Positions 20,901 to 31,588 are shown, counted from the first letter of the stretch. The stretch: 63,057 bases of DNA from an uncultured Clostridia bacterium (GCA_944390695.1 CALXQP010000017.1:1-63057), one strand, 5' to 3'. The notes: generated by a model not told the origin, from the sequence alone. A program made the numbers and translations.

Positions 20901-23900
20901 AGATTATTTAAAACCTGAATATAATTATTTAATGCCAGATAATTATCAAGAAGATAGAAAAGAAGTAATAGTTACAAGAACTTCTTCAACAAATATCGGT
21001 CTTTCTATGTTAGCAGTAATTTCAAGTTATGATTTAGGTTTCGAAAATTTGTCTGAAACAATTGAATTATTAGGAAATATTATAGATACAGTTTATGATT
21101 TACCTAAATGGAATGGCCATTTATATAATTGGTATGATATAAAAACTAAAAATCCATTAATACCAAAATATATATCAACAGTAGATAGTGGAAATTTAGT
21201 TGGATATATGTATACAACTAAATCATTTTTAGAAAACTTAAATGATAAAAATGATAAAATTGAAATAACCGAAGAAACAAAAAATAGAGTAATTGAATTA
21301 AAAAACAAATTAACAGAAATGATTGATAAAGCTGATTTTAAAGTATTATATTGTGAAGAACAAAGAGTGTTTTCAATTGGATTTAATATAGAAGAAAATA
21401 AATTAACAGATTCTTATTATGATTTATTAGCATCTGAAGCAAGACAAGCAAGTTTAGTAGCAATAGCTAAAAAAGATGTACCTTCAAAACATTGGAATAA
21501 TTTAAGTAGAACTCTAACTGTATTAAGAAAATATAAAGGACTTGTATCTTGGTCTGGAACTGCATTTGAGTATCTAATGCCAAATATAAATATCCCAAGA
21601 TATGAAGGAAGTTTATTAGATGAATCTTGCAGATTTGCGATTATGAATCAATTAGAATATAGCAAAAAATTGGGAATTCCGTGGGGAATATCAGAATCAG
21701 CATTTAATTTAAAAGATTTACATTCAAATTATCAATATAAAGCTTTTGGAATTCCATGGCTTGGGTTAAAAAGAGGACTTGCAGATGAAATGGTTGTAAC
21801 AACATATGGATGTGTTCTTGCAATTACAGACAAACCTCATGAAGTTGTGGAAAATTTAAAAGTTTTAGAAAAAGAAGGAATGTTAAATAAATATGGATTT
21901 TATGAATCAATTGATTATACACCTGAAAGAGTATCAAAAGGGAAAAAGTCAGAACCTGTAAAAACGTATATGGCACATCACCAAGGGCTTATATTACTTT
22001 CAATTGACAACTTTTTTAATAATTATATATTTCAAAAAAGATTTATGAAAAATCCAGAAATTAAAGCAATAAGTATTTTACTACAAGAAAGAATGCCTGA
22101 TACTTTTATAATTACGAATGAAAATAAAGAGAAACCAGAAAAGATTAAATATCAAGATTACGAAAATTATTCTGTAAGAGAATATAATAAAATAGATGAA
22201 AGAATTATGAGAGGAAATGTAATTGGAAATGAAAAATATGTTGTAGCTATAAATCAAGCAGGTGAGGGCACGAGTATATTTGGCGAAAATTATGTAACAA
22301 GATATAAGAAAACAGATGATTATTCACAAGGAATATTTATATATATAAAAGATATTCAGACAAATGAAATTTGGTCAGCAGCAGGGGAAGAAAACTGTGA
22401 TCAATTTACAATACAATTTATGCCAGATGCAAATAAAATTGAAAAAGTTAAAGATAAGATTAAGACAAAATTAAAGATTACAGTAGATGCTAATGAACCT
22501 GTAGAATTAAGAAGACTGAAAATAGAAAATAATTCAAAAGAAGAAAAAATATTTGAAATAACTTCATATTTTGAACCAGTATTGTCAAGAAAAGAACAAG
22601 ATTATGCACATCAAGCTTTTAATAATTTATTTTTGGTATATGATTATGACCAAAAAAATGATTTTTTAACAGTAAAAAGAAGAAATAGGGAAGATACTAA
22701 AAAAGAATTGCATTTAATTGCAAAAATGCAAACAAATTGCGAAAAAATAGGTGAAACAGAATTTGAAATAGATAAAGTAAAATTTATTGGAAGAAATAAT
22801 TTAGGAATTCCTGAATCAATAAAAAATTCTACACCATTATCTAAAAAGATAGGACTTACAACAGAAGGAATTGTAGCATTAAAAAATACTATTAAAATAA
22901 AACCTGGCGAAGAAGCATATATTGATTTGATTATTTCTGTAGAAAGTGATAAAAATTTAGCAATTCAAAATATAGAAAAATATAAGATATTAGAAAATGT
23001 TTCAAGAGAATTTGAAATTGTAAAAGCAAAAACTGAAGCAGAAACTAGATATCTTGAAATAAAAGGTAAAGATATTGATATTTATCAAACAATTTTATCA
23101 TATATATTATTTGATAATCCATTAAAAAATAATGCAAAATTAGCTTATAAAACTTATGAACAGCAAGATTTGTGGAAATATGGAATATCAGGAGATTTGC
23201 CAATAATAACAGTTACAATAAAATATGCAAATGATTTATATGTTATTAAACAAATTATAAAAGCATATGAATTTTTCAGAACTAGAAATATAAAAATAGA
23301 ACTTGTAATTATTGATGAAGAAAATTATAGTTATGAAAATTATTTAAGAGATGAAATAGAAGGTGTAATATTAAATAATCATTTAACATTTATGAAAAAT
23401 ACTTATGGAGGAATTTTTGTACTTTCAAAAAGTGAAATGGATATTCAAGATGTTAATTTAATTAAATTTGTTTCAAGTTTAGTAATAGATAGTCATTTAG
23501 GAAATTTAGAAAATGTTATAAAAGACATGGAAGAAGAAATTCTTGATAATTATAGAATAATAGAAGAAGTACCAAAAGTTGTAGATGAAGAAGATCAAAC
23601 AAAAGAAATAGATTTAATTAGTCATATGCAAAATCCAAAATATTATAATGAATATGGTGCATTTACAGAAGATGGAAAAGAATATATTATAAAAATAAAT
23701 AAAGAAAATAAAATTCCAACAACATGGAGTCATATAATTGCAAATGATAAATTTGGTTCAGTTGTTACTGAAAGTGGTGGAGGATATTCATGGTATCAAA
23801 ATAGTAGATTAAATAGAGTTACTAGTTGGCATAATAGTATAGGAATAAATATACCATCTGAAATAATTTATCTTAGAGATGAAGAAAATGGCAAAACTTG

Positions 23901-26067
23901 GACTCCAACAGCAATGCCTATGCCAGATGATAAAAATTATAATACAATATATGGTTTCGGATATGCAAAATATGTGCATTCTAGTGGTGAGTTGATGCAA
24001 GAATTAGAGATCTTCGTACCACAAGATGAACCTTGTAAGATTAATATTTTAACACTTAAAAATAATGCTCCTAAAAAGAAGAAAATAAAAATAGTTTATT
24101 ATGCAAAACCAGTTATAGGTGAAGATGAAATTAAATCTGATGGATATATAAAATTACAATATGAGACAAATTCAAATATGTTGATTGCCAAAAATTTATA
24201 TAAAACAGAAGTATTTGATAATTTTGTATATGTTTCAAGTAGTGAAAAAATTAAAACTTTTACAGGAAACAAAAAAACTTTTTTAGGAAAAGGTGGAGTA
24301 TCAAATCCTAGTGGATTAAAACACATGAGACTAGATAATGATACAGGAATTGGAAAAGAATCATGTATTGCAATTGAATTAGAAGTTGAAATAGAAAGTT
24401 TTTCTGATAAAAAGATTTCTATAATTTTAGGTGCAGATAATAATTTGATGAATGCAAAAGACATATCATATAAATATTCTAAAGTGCAAAATTGTAATAT
24501 AGAATTAGGAAAAATTAGAAATAAATGGTGTGATATATTAGGAAAAGTTCAAGTAAAAACCCCATATGAATCTCTAAATATAATGTTAAATGGATGGATG
24601 CTATATCAAACAATATGTAGTAGATTAGTTGGTAGAAGCGGATTTTATCAATCTGGAGGAGCATTTGGGTTTAGAGACCAATTACAAGATAGTTTTGCAA
24701 CTAAGTTTGTTGACACAAAAATATTATATAATCAGATTATTAAACACAGTAAGCATCAATTTATACAAGGAGATGTAGAACATTGGTGGCATGAAGAATC
24801 TAGTAAAGGTACAAGGACAAGATTTTCAGATGATTTATTATGGCTACCTTTTGCAGTAATTCAATATATTAATCATACAGGTGATTATAGTATTTTAAAT
24901 GTAATTACACCATATTTAGATGGTCCTGAACTAAAAGATGGAGAAATGGAAAGATATGATAAATATTGTGAGTCAAATATGAAAGAAAGTATTTATAATC
25001 ATTGTAAAAAAGCTATTGATAGAGCTTGCAATTTTGGAGAAAATGGATTACCTAAAATAGGTATAGGTGATTGGAATGATGGATTTAGTAATATTGGACC
25101 AAAAGGAAAAGGAGAAAGTGTTTGGCTAGGATTTTTCTTATTTGAAATTCTCCAAGAATTTGCAAAAATAGCAGATTGGATTAGCAAAAATGTAGAAGAC
25201 CCTAATAATAAAGAACTTTGTGCTAAGGAAGCTGATGTTGCTGAAAAATATAGACAAATTGCAGATGAATTAAAAATAGATTTAAACAAAAATGCTTGGG
25301 ATGGTAGATGGTTTAAAAGAGCTTTTGCAGATAATGGCGATGTTTATGGAAGTATGGAAAATGAAGAATGTAGAATAGATAGTATTGCTCAAAGTTGGTC
25401 TATTATTTCTAATGCAGGTGAAGAAGACAAAATTCAAACAGCAATTGAGAGTTTAGAAAATCATTTGGTTGATAAGGAAAATGGTATAATTAAATTACTT
25501 GACCCACCTTTTGAAAAAGGTAAATTAGAGCCAGGATATATAAAAGCTTATTTGCCAGGTGTACGCGAAAATGGAGGACAATACACACATGCAGCTATTT
25601 GGGCAATTATAGCTGAAGCAATTTTAGGAAGAGGAGATAAAGCTGTTGAATTATATAGAATGATAACACCTATAGAACATGCTAGAACAAAAGATGCAGC
25701 TAATAAATATAAAGTAGAACCATATGTTATAGCTGCAGATGTGTATGGAGCTCAAAATCTAGCAGGTAGAGGTGGCTGGACTTGGTATACTGGTTCTAGT
25801 GGGTGGTATTATTTGGCAGGAATTCAATATATTCTTGGGTTAAATATTAATAATAATATCATGAGTTTTAATCCATGTATTCCAAAGAATTGGGAAGAAT
25901 TTGAAATTAGATATAAATTTGGAGAAAGTATATATAATATTAAAGTGAAAAATCCTAATAGAAAAAATACTGGAGTTTCAAAGATTTTAGTTAATGGAAA
26001 TGAGTCAGAAAATAAGATTTCTTTAAATTCTTCAGGAAAAATCTTTAATATAGAAATTATAATGTAA
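17959..26067 (+). CDS. Cyclic beta-1,2-glucan synthase-like protein (Cgs/NdvB/ChvB type: GT84 + glucoamylase-like + GH94 phosphorylase)
   Basis: EWILDNFY, GWERKRG, VITLDADT, GKGIYDV, LSHDLLEG, RW.RGDWQ, YDLLASEAR, WGISES, YMAHHQG, QSGGAFGFRDQLQD, GDWNDG, GVRENGGQYTHA, GGWTWYTGS. Confidence 0.9.
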   Translation: MKKYQKLDIEVAILDEEQLKKQLEKMAMKHILKARSNKSTYPVPQLLENYIKIKNVYNLLNEHIKLGINIHPAGEWILDNFYIIEEAVRQIEKEMTLKKYKNFVGIQNGKYAGFARVYVLASEIVAYTDNKINGENLEKYLQAYQTKKTLNMEEIWNIGVFLQIAIINNIAEISEKIYSTQIQKYKVRNIIERLVEKKEKNELQFNKISGDKLKNNEFKSMRYPFIEYMSYSLKKYGKKAYGYLNILEEEVEKIGTTVPEAIQKEHFDIAIRKISMANCITSIKKIQRINFMDIFEKINGVEEILNKEPAGIYENMEYKTKEYYRNSIKEIARKTNMSEIYVAKKIIELCNSKELGAKQSHIGYYLIDDGKEELFEKLEYKSKKLSNEAKSKIYITLIFILTIVLSLILAKTVTNSLIKYILTVLILLVPISEFVIQTIQYILGKIVKPKLIPKMDFSKGIDKENATFVVIPTIIKTKEKVKELFEKMEVFYLANKSENLFFSILGDCSESNTQEEKFDKEVIEEGLKLAEKLNQKYSNPDFPIFHFIYRERKFNESEEKYLGWERKRGLLTQFNEYILKHEKNKFRINTINQEKLPKIKYVITLDADTDLVLNTAFELIGAMAHILNKPEISNGIVQKGHGLIQPRVGINLDVSHKNLFTKIFAGSGGIDSYTNAISDIYQDNFGEGIFTGKGIYDVEVFSKVLKNEIPENKVLSHDLLEGSYLRCGLATDIMLMDGYPTQYASFMNRLSRWTRGDWQIIGWLKGKLNSLSKFKIFDNLRRSIFEISIIVLILWSSFISANWLILATLGIIIYPFLLEIISLAFSRKEGEKKQKTFTPHIVGFKGAIYRAILTLGCLPYKAYVELVSICKTIYRLTISHKHLLEWMTSEEAEKQAKTSVLNYYKMMAANVVLGLILILISIIQKNKFDIILLTIVGILWIITPYIMCKISMVVEKKKVQLQENESKYLKEVAKKTWQFFKDYLKPEYNYLMPDNYQEDRKEVIVTRTSSTNIGLSMLAVISSYDLGFENLSETIELLGNIIDTVYDLPKWNGHLYNWYDIKTKNPLIPKYISTVDSGNLVGYMYTTKSFLENLNDKNDKIEITEETKNRVIELKNKLTEMIDKADFKVLYCEEQRVFSIGFNIEENKLTDSYYDLLASEARQASLVAIAKKDVPSKHWNNLSRTLTVLRKYKGLVSWSGTAFEYLMPNINIPRYEGSLLDESCRFAIMNQLEYSKKLGIPWGISESAFNLKDLHSNYQYKAFGIPWLGLKRGLADEMVVTTYGCVLAITDKPHEVVENLKVLEKEGMLNKYGFYESIDYTPERVSKGKKSEPVKTYMAHHQGLILLSIDNFFNNYIFQKRFMKNPEIKAISILLQERMPDTFIITNENKEKPEKIKYQDYENYSVREYNKIDERIMRGNVIGNEKYVVAINQAGEGTSIFGENYVTRYKKTDDYSQGIFIYIKDIQTNEIWSAAGEENCDQFTIQFMPDANKIEKVKDKIKTKLKITVDANEPVELRRLKIENNSKEEKIFEITSYFEPVLSRKEQDYAHQAFNNLFLVYDYDQKNDFLTVKRRNREDTKKELHLIAKMQTNCEKIGETEFEIDKVKFIGRNNLGIPESIKNSTPLSKKIGLTTEGIVALKNTIKIKPGEEAYIDLIISVESDKNLAIQNIEKYKILENVSREFEIVKAKTEAETRYLEIKGKDIDIYQTILSYILFDNPLKNNAKLAYKTYEQQDLWKYGISGDLPIITVTIKYANDLYVIKQIIKAYEFFRTRNIKIELVIIDEENYSYENYLRDEIEGVILNNHLTFMKNTYGGIFVLSKSEMDIQDVNLIKFVSSLVIDSHLGNLENVIKDMEEEILDNYRIIEEVPKVVDEEDQTKEIDLISHMQNPKYYNEYGAFTEDGKEYIIKINKENKIPTTWSHIIANDKFGSVVTESGGGYSWYQNSRLNRVTSWHNSIGINIPSEIIYLRDEENGKTWTPTAMPMPDDKNYNTIYGFGYAKYVHSSGELMQELEIFVPQDEPCKINILTLKNNAPKKKKIKIVYYAKPVIGEDEIKSDGYIKLQYETNSNMLIAKNLYKTEVFDNFVYVSSSEKIKTFTGNKKTFLGKGGVSNPSGLKHMRLDNDTGIGKESCIAIELEVEIESFSDKKISIILGADNNLMNAKDISYKYSKVQNCNIELGKIRNKWCDILGKVQVKTPYESLNIMLNGWMLYQTICSRLVGRSGFYQSGGAFGFRDQLQDSFATKFVDTKILYNQIIKHSKHQFIQGDVEHWWHEESSKGTRTRFSDDLLWLPFAVIQYINHTGDYSILNVITPYLDGPELKDGEMERYDKYCESNMKESIYNHCKKAIDRACNFGENGLPKIGIGDWNDGFSNIGPKGKGESVWLGFFLFEILQEFAKIADWISKNVEDPNNKELCAKEADVAEKYRQIADELKIDLNKNAWDGRWFKRAFADNGDVYGSMENEECRIDSIAQSWSIISNAGEEDKIQTAIESLENHLVDKENGIIKLLDPPFEKGKLEPGYIKAYLPGVRENGGQYTHAAIWAIIAEAILGRGDKAVELYRMITPIEHARTKDAANKYKVEPYVIAADVYGAQNLAGRGGWTWYTGSSGWYYLAGIQYILGLNINNNIMSFNPCIPKNWEEFEIRYKFGESIYNIKVKNPNRKNTGVSKILVNGNESENKISLNSSGKIFNIEIIM

Positions 26068-26068
26068 T

Positions 26069-26099
26069 AAGAGGGTATCCTAAATTAGGAACCCTCTTT
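26069..26099. terminator. Hairpin terminator between convergent cgs-like gene and asnS
   Basis: AAGAGGGT..CCTAA/TTAGG..ACCCTCTT. Confidence 0.55.
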
Positions 26100-26177
26100 A
26101 ACTTAATTCTAAAGTTATAATTATTACATAGTTATACTGGTTGATAATTATCTTTTCTGATTGTATAAGTAATTAAA

Positions 26178-27566
26178 TTAAAAATCGCAATTATTTGGTG
26201 TTCTAGGAAATGAGATAACATCTCTAATATTTTCAATACCAGTAATATACATAAGAAGTCTTTCAAAACCTAGACCAAAGCCAGAGTGAATGTTAGTTCC
26301 AAAACGTCTTAAGTCAAGATACCAATATAAAGGATCTGTTTCAATTCCCATTTCTTTCATACGAGAATAAAGTTTGTCATAATCTTCTTCTCTTTGAGAA
26401 CCACCCATTATTTCACCAGCTCCTGGAACTTCTAAGTCAACAGCAGCAACTGTTTTTCCATCTGGATTTACTTTCATATAATATGATTTTATATCTTTAG
26501 GCCAATTTTTTACAAAAACAGGACCATTAAAATATTCAGTAATATATTTTTCATGTTCTTTTGCTAAATCTTCACCATAATCAGGTTCAAATTCCCAAGT
26601 TTTATCAGCTTTTTTTAGGATATCTATAACGTCTTTATGGTCGATTCTAACAAAACTAGAATTAATAATTTTATTTAATTTTTCTTTTAAGCCTTTTTCT
26701 ATAAAACTATCACAAAAATCAATTTCTTCAGGACATTTTTCTATAACTTTTTTAACAATATATTTTAAACAATCTTCTTCAATATCCATTAGACCATCTA
26801 AATCGCAAAAAGAGATTTCTGGTTCAATCATCCAAAATTCATTAGCATGTGTTTTGGTATTTGAATTTTCACTTCTTAATGTTGGACCAAATGTATATAT
26901 TTTTCCAAAAGCAGAAGCATAAGTTTCTCCATGTAATTGGCCAGAACCTGTTATAAATGATTTTTTGCCAAATAAGTCATCAGAAAAGTCAGTTTTTCCA
27001 TCTTTTTGTGGTAAAGGTTCATCAAGATTTAATGTAGTTAATTTGAACATTTCTGCAGATCCTTCACAATCAGCACAAGTAATTATTGGTGTGTGAACAT
27101 ATACATACCCATTGTTTTGAAAATATTCATGTATTGCAAATGCTGCAACACTTCTAATTCTGAAAACAGCATTAAATGTATTTGTTCTAGGTCTTAAATG
27201 AGCTATTGTTCGTAAATATTCAAAAGAATGTCTTTTCTTTTGAAGTGGATAGTCAGCAGGACAAAGGCTTTCAATTTCAATATTAGATGCTTGTATTTCA
27301 AATGGTTGTTTTGCATTTTCTGTTATAACCACAGTTCCTGTAACTTTTATTGTTGAACTAATTGTTAGTTTTGCTATTTCATTAAAATTTGATAATTTAT
27401 CATTAAAAACAATTTGAACATTTTTAAAAAAAGAACCATCATTTAGTTCTATAAATCCAAATGTTTTTGAATCTCTAACTGTTTTTACCCATCCTTCAAG
27501 AGTTACTTCTTTATTTGCATATTCAGAAGTTTTTCTAAATAAATCTTTTATTACTAAGTTTGTCAT
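26178..27566 (-). CDS. asnS: Asparagine--tRNA ligase
   Basis: N-terminal OB fold, YLR..AHLRPRTN, FGPTLRSENSNT, EFWMIEPE, GGSQRE, GFGLGFERL. Confidence 0.95.
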   Translation of the reverse strand: MTNLVIKDLFRKTSEYANKEVTLEGWVKTVRDSKTFGFIELNDGSFFKNVQIVFNDKLSNFNEIAKLTISSTIKVTGTVVITENAKQPFEIQASNIEIESLCPADYPLQKKRHSFEYLRTIAHLRPRTNTFNAVFRIRSVAAFAIHEYFQNNGYVYVHTPIITCADCEGSAEMFKLTTLNLDEPLPQKDGKTDFSDDLFGKKSFITGSGQLHGETYASAFGKIYTFGPTLRSENSNTKTHANEFWMIEPEISFCDLDGLMDIEEDCLKYIVKKVIEKCPEEIDFCDSFIEKGLKEKLNKIINSSFVRIDHKDVIDILKKADKTWEFEPDYGEDLAKEHEKYITEYFNGPVFVKNWPKDIKSYYMKVNPDGKTVAAVDLEVPGAGEIMGGSQREEDYDKLYSRMKEMGIETDPLYWYLDLRRFGTNIHSGFGLGFERLLMYITGIENIRDVISFPRTPNNCDF

Positions 27567-27758
27567 AAAAATCCCTCTTTTCTATATAGATACAATTATT
27601 TGAAAATACAGTATTTGCAGTAAATTCCAAACTATAATTATTATGTAAAGATTATACAATATCAAATCAAAAAAAACAAGGAAAATACTAAAAAATATTG
27701 AAAAAATAATGTATAAATAGTAAAATAAATCTAAATATTAAGAAAATGAGGTAGAATT

Positions 27759-29150
27759 ATGTCTAAAAAAGTTAGTATAATATTAATTTGTATAATAATT
27801 TTAATAAGTCTAATTATATCAATATATATACCAAATAGAGAAAAAATAGCAGAAGAATTAGAAGATACATCAATAAATTATTCTGTAATAGAAGAAAATG
27901 GTAAAGTAGGAATTGCGCAAAATGGTCAAAATATAATAGAACCACAATATGATAAAATAATAATTCCAAATTTACATAGAGCAGTATTTTTGTGTCAAAA
28001 AGGTGAAGATAAAAAATTTGTAAATTCGAAAAATGAAGAAATTTTTACTGAATATAATAATGTAGAATTAATAAAATATGATGAAAATCAGTATCAAAAA
28101 AATATCTTAAAATACGAAAAAGATGGCAAGTTTGGACTTATAAATTTTTCGGGTAAAACTGTTACAGGTGCAAAATATGAAGAAATTTCTGGAATTGGAC
28201 ATAAAGAAGGGGAAGTACTTATAAAAAAAGATGGCAAATATGGAGTAATTGATGAAAATGGGAATGTCAAAATAAAAAACAAATATGATTCAATAGAAAT
28301 TGATGAATATTACACAGAAAAAGATGGTTATAAAAAATCTGGATATATTGTTTGTATCACAACAGATGAAGGTTATAGATATGGATATTATGATAATGAA
28401 TGTGTACAAGTTTTGAATGAGGATTATAATCAGATTTCAAGACTAGCTCAAATAGAAAATGAAGATATATATTTACTTGTTGCTGAAAATGGGCAATTTG
28501 GTGTATTTGTAAATAATACAAAAATAATTGATACAAAATATCAATCAATAGATTATAATGTTGATCTTGAAATGTTCATAGTTGAAAGAACTGGAAAGTT
28601 TGGAGCAATTAATCTAAATGGTTTAGAAATTTTAAAAACTGAATTTTCAAATTTGCAAATAAATGGAATATATATATATGGCACTAAAGATGAAGAAAAT
28701 AAAGTTTATGATTCATCAGGAAAAGAAGTAGACATTCCTTTTGATACAATTATTCAAAAAACAGATTCAGAATATTTTATAAAAAATGCAGCTGGAAGTT
28801 TCTCAATTTTGAATTCAGATTTTGAGCAAATTTCTACACAAAGCTATATGGGACTTGATTTTGCTTTTGATAAATATTTTATTGCTACAAATGCAGAAAA
28901 TAAAGTAGGAATTATTGATAGTCAAGAAAATACTAAACTCGAATTTAAATATGATGTAATTCAATTAATTAAAGATACCTCTCTTATACAGGCAATAGAT
29001 TTTGCAACTCAAACTACTTATATATATGATTATAATTTTGAGTTAATTGTTCAAGTAAATAATGCAAATATTGAATATTTAGATGATGGAATAAAAATAT
29101 ATAATAATGAAACTGAGTATTTGTTAGATGATAAAGGAAAATTAAAATAA
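27759..29150 (+). CDS. Membrane-anchored WG (KWG)-repeat protein
   Basis: Repeated GK(F/Y)G(L/V)I(N/D)..G...I...Y..I units; N-terminal TM. Confidence 0.8.
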   Translation: MSKKVSIILICIIILISLIISIYIPNREKIAEELEDTSINYSVIEENGKVGIAQNGQNIIEPQYDKIIIPNLHRAVFLCQKGEDKKFVNSKNEEIFTEYNNVELIKYDENQYQKNILKYEKDGKFGLINFSGKTVTGAKYEEISGIGHKEGEVLIKKDGKYGVIDENGNVKIKNKYDSIEIDEYYTEKDGYKKSGYIVCITTDEGYRYGYYDNECVQVLNEDYNQISRLAQIENEDIYLLVAENGQFGVFVNNTKIIDTKYQSIDYNVDLEMFIVERTGKFGAINLNGLEILKTEFSNLQINGIYIYGTKDEENKVYDSSGKEVDIPFDTIIQKTDSEYFIKNAAGSFSILNSDFEQISTQSYMGLDFAFDKYFIATNAENKVGIIDSQENTKLEFKYDVIQLIKDTSLIQAIDFATQTTYIYDYNFELIVQVNNANIEYLDDGIKIYNNETEYLLDDKGKLK

Positions 29151-29294
29151 ATATATTTGTATTGATAAATTTTTCTTTTTGCTTATATAAAAATTTAATA
29201 AATATAATATTATTTATGAACAAATAAAGTTTAAAAACATAGAAAATAGTAAATAATGATAGAGAATACAAAATTTTGAGTTGGAGGATTTTCT

Positions 29295-30149
29295 ATGGGA
29301 ATAGGTATTGCCTTAGCAGGTGGAGGTATTAGAGGTATTGCACATGCAGGAGTTTTGAGAGCGCTAGAAGAAAATGGAATAAAAATAGATGCAATTGGTG
29401 GAACTAGTGCAGGAAGTATAGTTTCAGCACTATATGCAATGGGATATAAACCATATTACATATATGTTGTATTTAAAAAATATGCTCAAGAAATAATAAA
29501 TATAGGAAATGTACCAATAATAAATGGGATAGGAAATTTTGTTAAAAACAGGAAAATAGGACTTTCAGGACTTAATGAAGGAATATCATTAGAAAAAATG
29601 TGTAATGAATTAGCTGAAAGAAAAAATGTGAAATTAATAGGAGACATAAAAATGCCACTTGCAATTCCTGCTGTAGATATTTCAGAAGCAAAAGAATATA
29701 TATTTACAAATTGTGCACCAAGAGATAATTTAAATGACAATTATATTACAGAAATTGAGATTGGAAAAGCTGTAAGAGCAAGTAGCAGTTTTCCAGCAGT
29801 ATTTTGTCCATGTGAATTTAAAAATCATATGTTTATGGATGGTGGAGCATTAGATAATATACCTGTAATTCCATTGAAAAACATGTGTAATAAAAAGGTA
29901 ATTGCAGTCAATTTTGAGGCAGATAGTGTTCAAAAAGATAGTGATGTTATGGATATTGTTATGAGAACTATTGATATTATGGGAAATAAAATTGCTGAAA
30001 AAGGTTTAGAACAAAGTGATTTGATTTTAACAGTTCCTACAGATAAAGCTGGTTTATTTGATATTCAAAAACTTGATAAATGCTATAAATTTGGATATGA
30101 TACTGTGATTAAAAATTTAGATAAAATAAAAAAATTAATAGAAAAATAG
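29295..30149 (+). CDS. Patatin-like phospholipase
   Basis: GGGIRG, GTSAG, ASSSFP, DGG. Confidence 0.9.
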   Translation: MGIGIALAGGGIRGIAHAGVLRALEENGIKIDAIGGTSAGSIVSALYAMGYKPYYIYVVFKKYAQEIINIGNVPIINGIGNFVKNRKIGLSGLNEGISLEKMCNELAERKNVKLIGDIKMPLAIPAVDISEAKEYIFTNCAPRDNLNDNYITEIEIGKAVRASSSFPAVFCPCEFKNHMFMDGGALDNIPVIPLKNMCNKKVIAVNFEADSVQKDSDVMDIVMRTIDIMGNKIAEKGLEQSDLILTVPTDKAGLFDIQKLDKCYKFGYDTVIKNLDKIKKLIEK

Positions 30150-30159
30150 TCAAATTAAA

Positions 30160-30203
30160 GTAACTCTGAATATAAATAAATTTATATTTATATTTGGAGT
30201 TAC
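30160..30203 (+). terminator. Hairpin after the patatin gene
   Basis: GTAACTCTGAATATAAATA...TATATTTGGAGTTAC. Confidence 0.45.
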
Positions 30204-30340
30204 AATTTTATGATACAATTAATTATTATATTAATTTAATTTTGTCACTTTAGTTGAAGTTAAATCATATAATAAATAATAGAAGATTAATAAGTGGAGA
30301 AAATTTAATATTTTATTCAATATTCTAAGGAGGGCTTATT

Positions 30341-31468
30341 ATGAATATTATTTATTTTGATAATAGTGCAACAACAAAAATAAAAACAGAAGTATTAAAT
30401 GAGATGATGCCATTTCTAACTATAAATTATGGGAATGCATCATCTTTATATTCATTAGGGAGAAAGTCAAAAAGAGCTATAGAAAATGCAAGAAAACAAG
30501 TAGCTAATTTGATAAAATGCAATCCTAATGAAATTTTTTTTACAGGTGGAGGTTCTGAAAGTGATAATTTAGCATTAAAAGGTGTAGCATATGCAAATAT
30601 GGAAAAAGGAAATCATATAATAACATCTAAAATAGAACATCCCGCAATATTAGAAACATGCAAAACTTTAGAAAGACAAGGCTTTGAAATATCATATATT
30701 AATGTAGATGAAAATGGAATAATAAGACTTGACGAATTACAAGATGAAATAAAACCATCAACGATTTTAATTAGTGTGATGACTGCAAATAATGAAATAG
30801 GTACAATTCAACCAGTAGAACAAATTTCTAAAATAGCACATTCACACAATATTTTATTTCACACTGATGCAGTTCAAGCTGTTGGAAATATGGAAATTGA
30901 TGTTTCTAAGATGGGAATAGATATGCTTTCACTTTCAGGTCATAAAATAAATGCACCAAAAGGAATTGGAGCATTATATATAAAAAATGGTATTAATATA
31001 GAGAGAATTATAGATGGGGGACATCAAGAAAAAAATAAAAGGGCTGGTACTGAAAATGTTGCAGGTATAGTGGCTCTTGGAAAAGCTTGCGAAATTGCTG
31101 GGAATAATCTTGATATACATGTAAATCGTTTAAAAAGATTAAGAGACTATTATTTATTTAAATTGCAAAAAGAATTACCTGGAAAATTTCATATTAATGG
31201 TTCAATGGAACATAGATTGCCTGGAAATGCTAATGTTTCATTTGAAGGTGCTAATGCTTCTGAACTAATTTTTAAATTAGATGAAAAAAATATTTGTGTA
31301 TCTAGTGGTTCTGCTTGTTCATCAGGTAATACTGCTCCATCACATGTGTTAACTGCAATTGGTCTTCCAGATAAATATTTGAATTGTGCAATACGTACTT
31401 CTTTTGGAGATTCTAATACTTTTGAAGAAATTGACTATTTTATAAAATGCATGAAAATGATAATTTAG
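30341..31468 (+). CDS. iscS: Cysteine desulfurase (IscS/NifS type)
   Basis: YFDNSATT, HTDAVQ, SGHK (PLP Lys), SSGSACSS. Confidence 0.9.
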   Translation: MNIIYFDNSATTKIKTEVLNEMMPFLTINYGNASSLYSLGRKSKRAIENARKQVANLIKCNPNEIFFTGGGSESDNLALKGVAYANMEKGNHIITSKIEHPAILETCKTLERQGFEISYINVDENGIIRLDELQDEIKPSTILISVMTANNEIGTIQPVEQISKIAHSHNILFHTDAVQAVGNMEIDVSKMGIDMLSLSGHKINAPKGIGALYIKNGINIERIIDGGHQEKNKRAGTENVAGIVALGKACEIAGNNLDIHVNRLKRLRDYYLFKLQKELPGKFHINGSMEHRLPGNANVSFEGANASELIFKLDEKNICVSSGSACSSGNTAPSHVLTAIGLPDKYLNCAIRTSFGDSNTFEEIDYFIKCMKMII

Positions 31469-31558
31469 TGCCGGTTCTCTTTTTGCCTTTTTTCTTCTTT
31501 TTCGCTTGGCTAGCTGGTTTTGGCTATTTTGCTAATTTGGTGCCGGTTCTCTTTTTTG
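31461..31558 (-). repeat. Dispersed element, locus 3; overlaps the iscS stop codon
   Basis: Repeat copies at 31461 (TAATTTAGTGCCGG..., containing the TAG stop) and 31533. Confidence 0.9.
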
Positions 31559-31588
31559 CAAAATTTTTAATAAATTTTGTAAAAAGGC

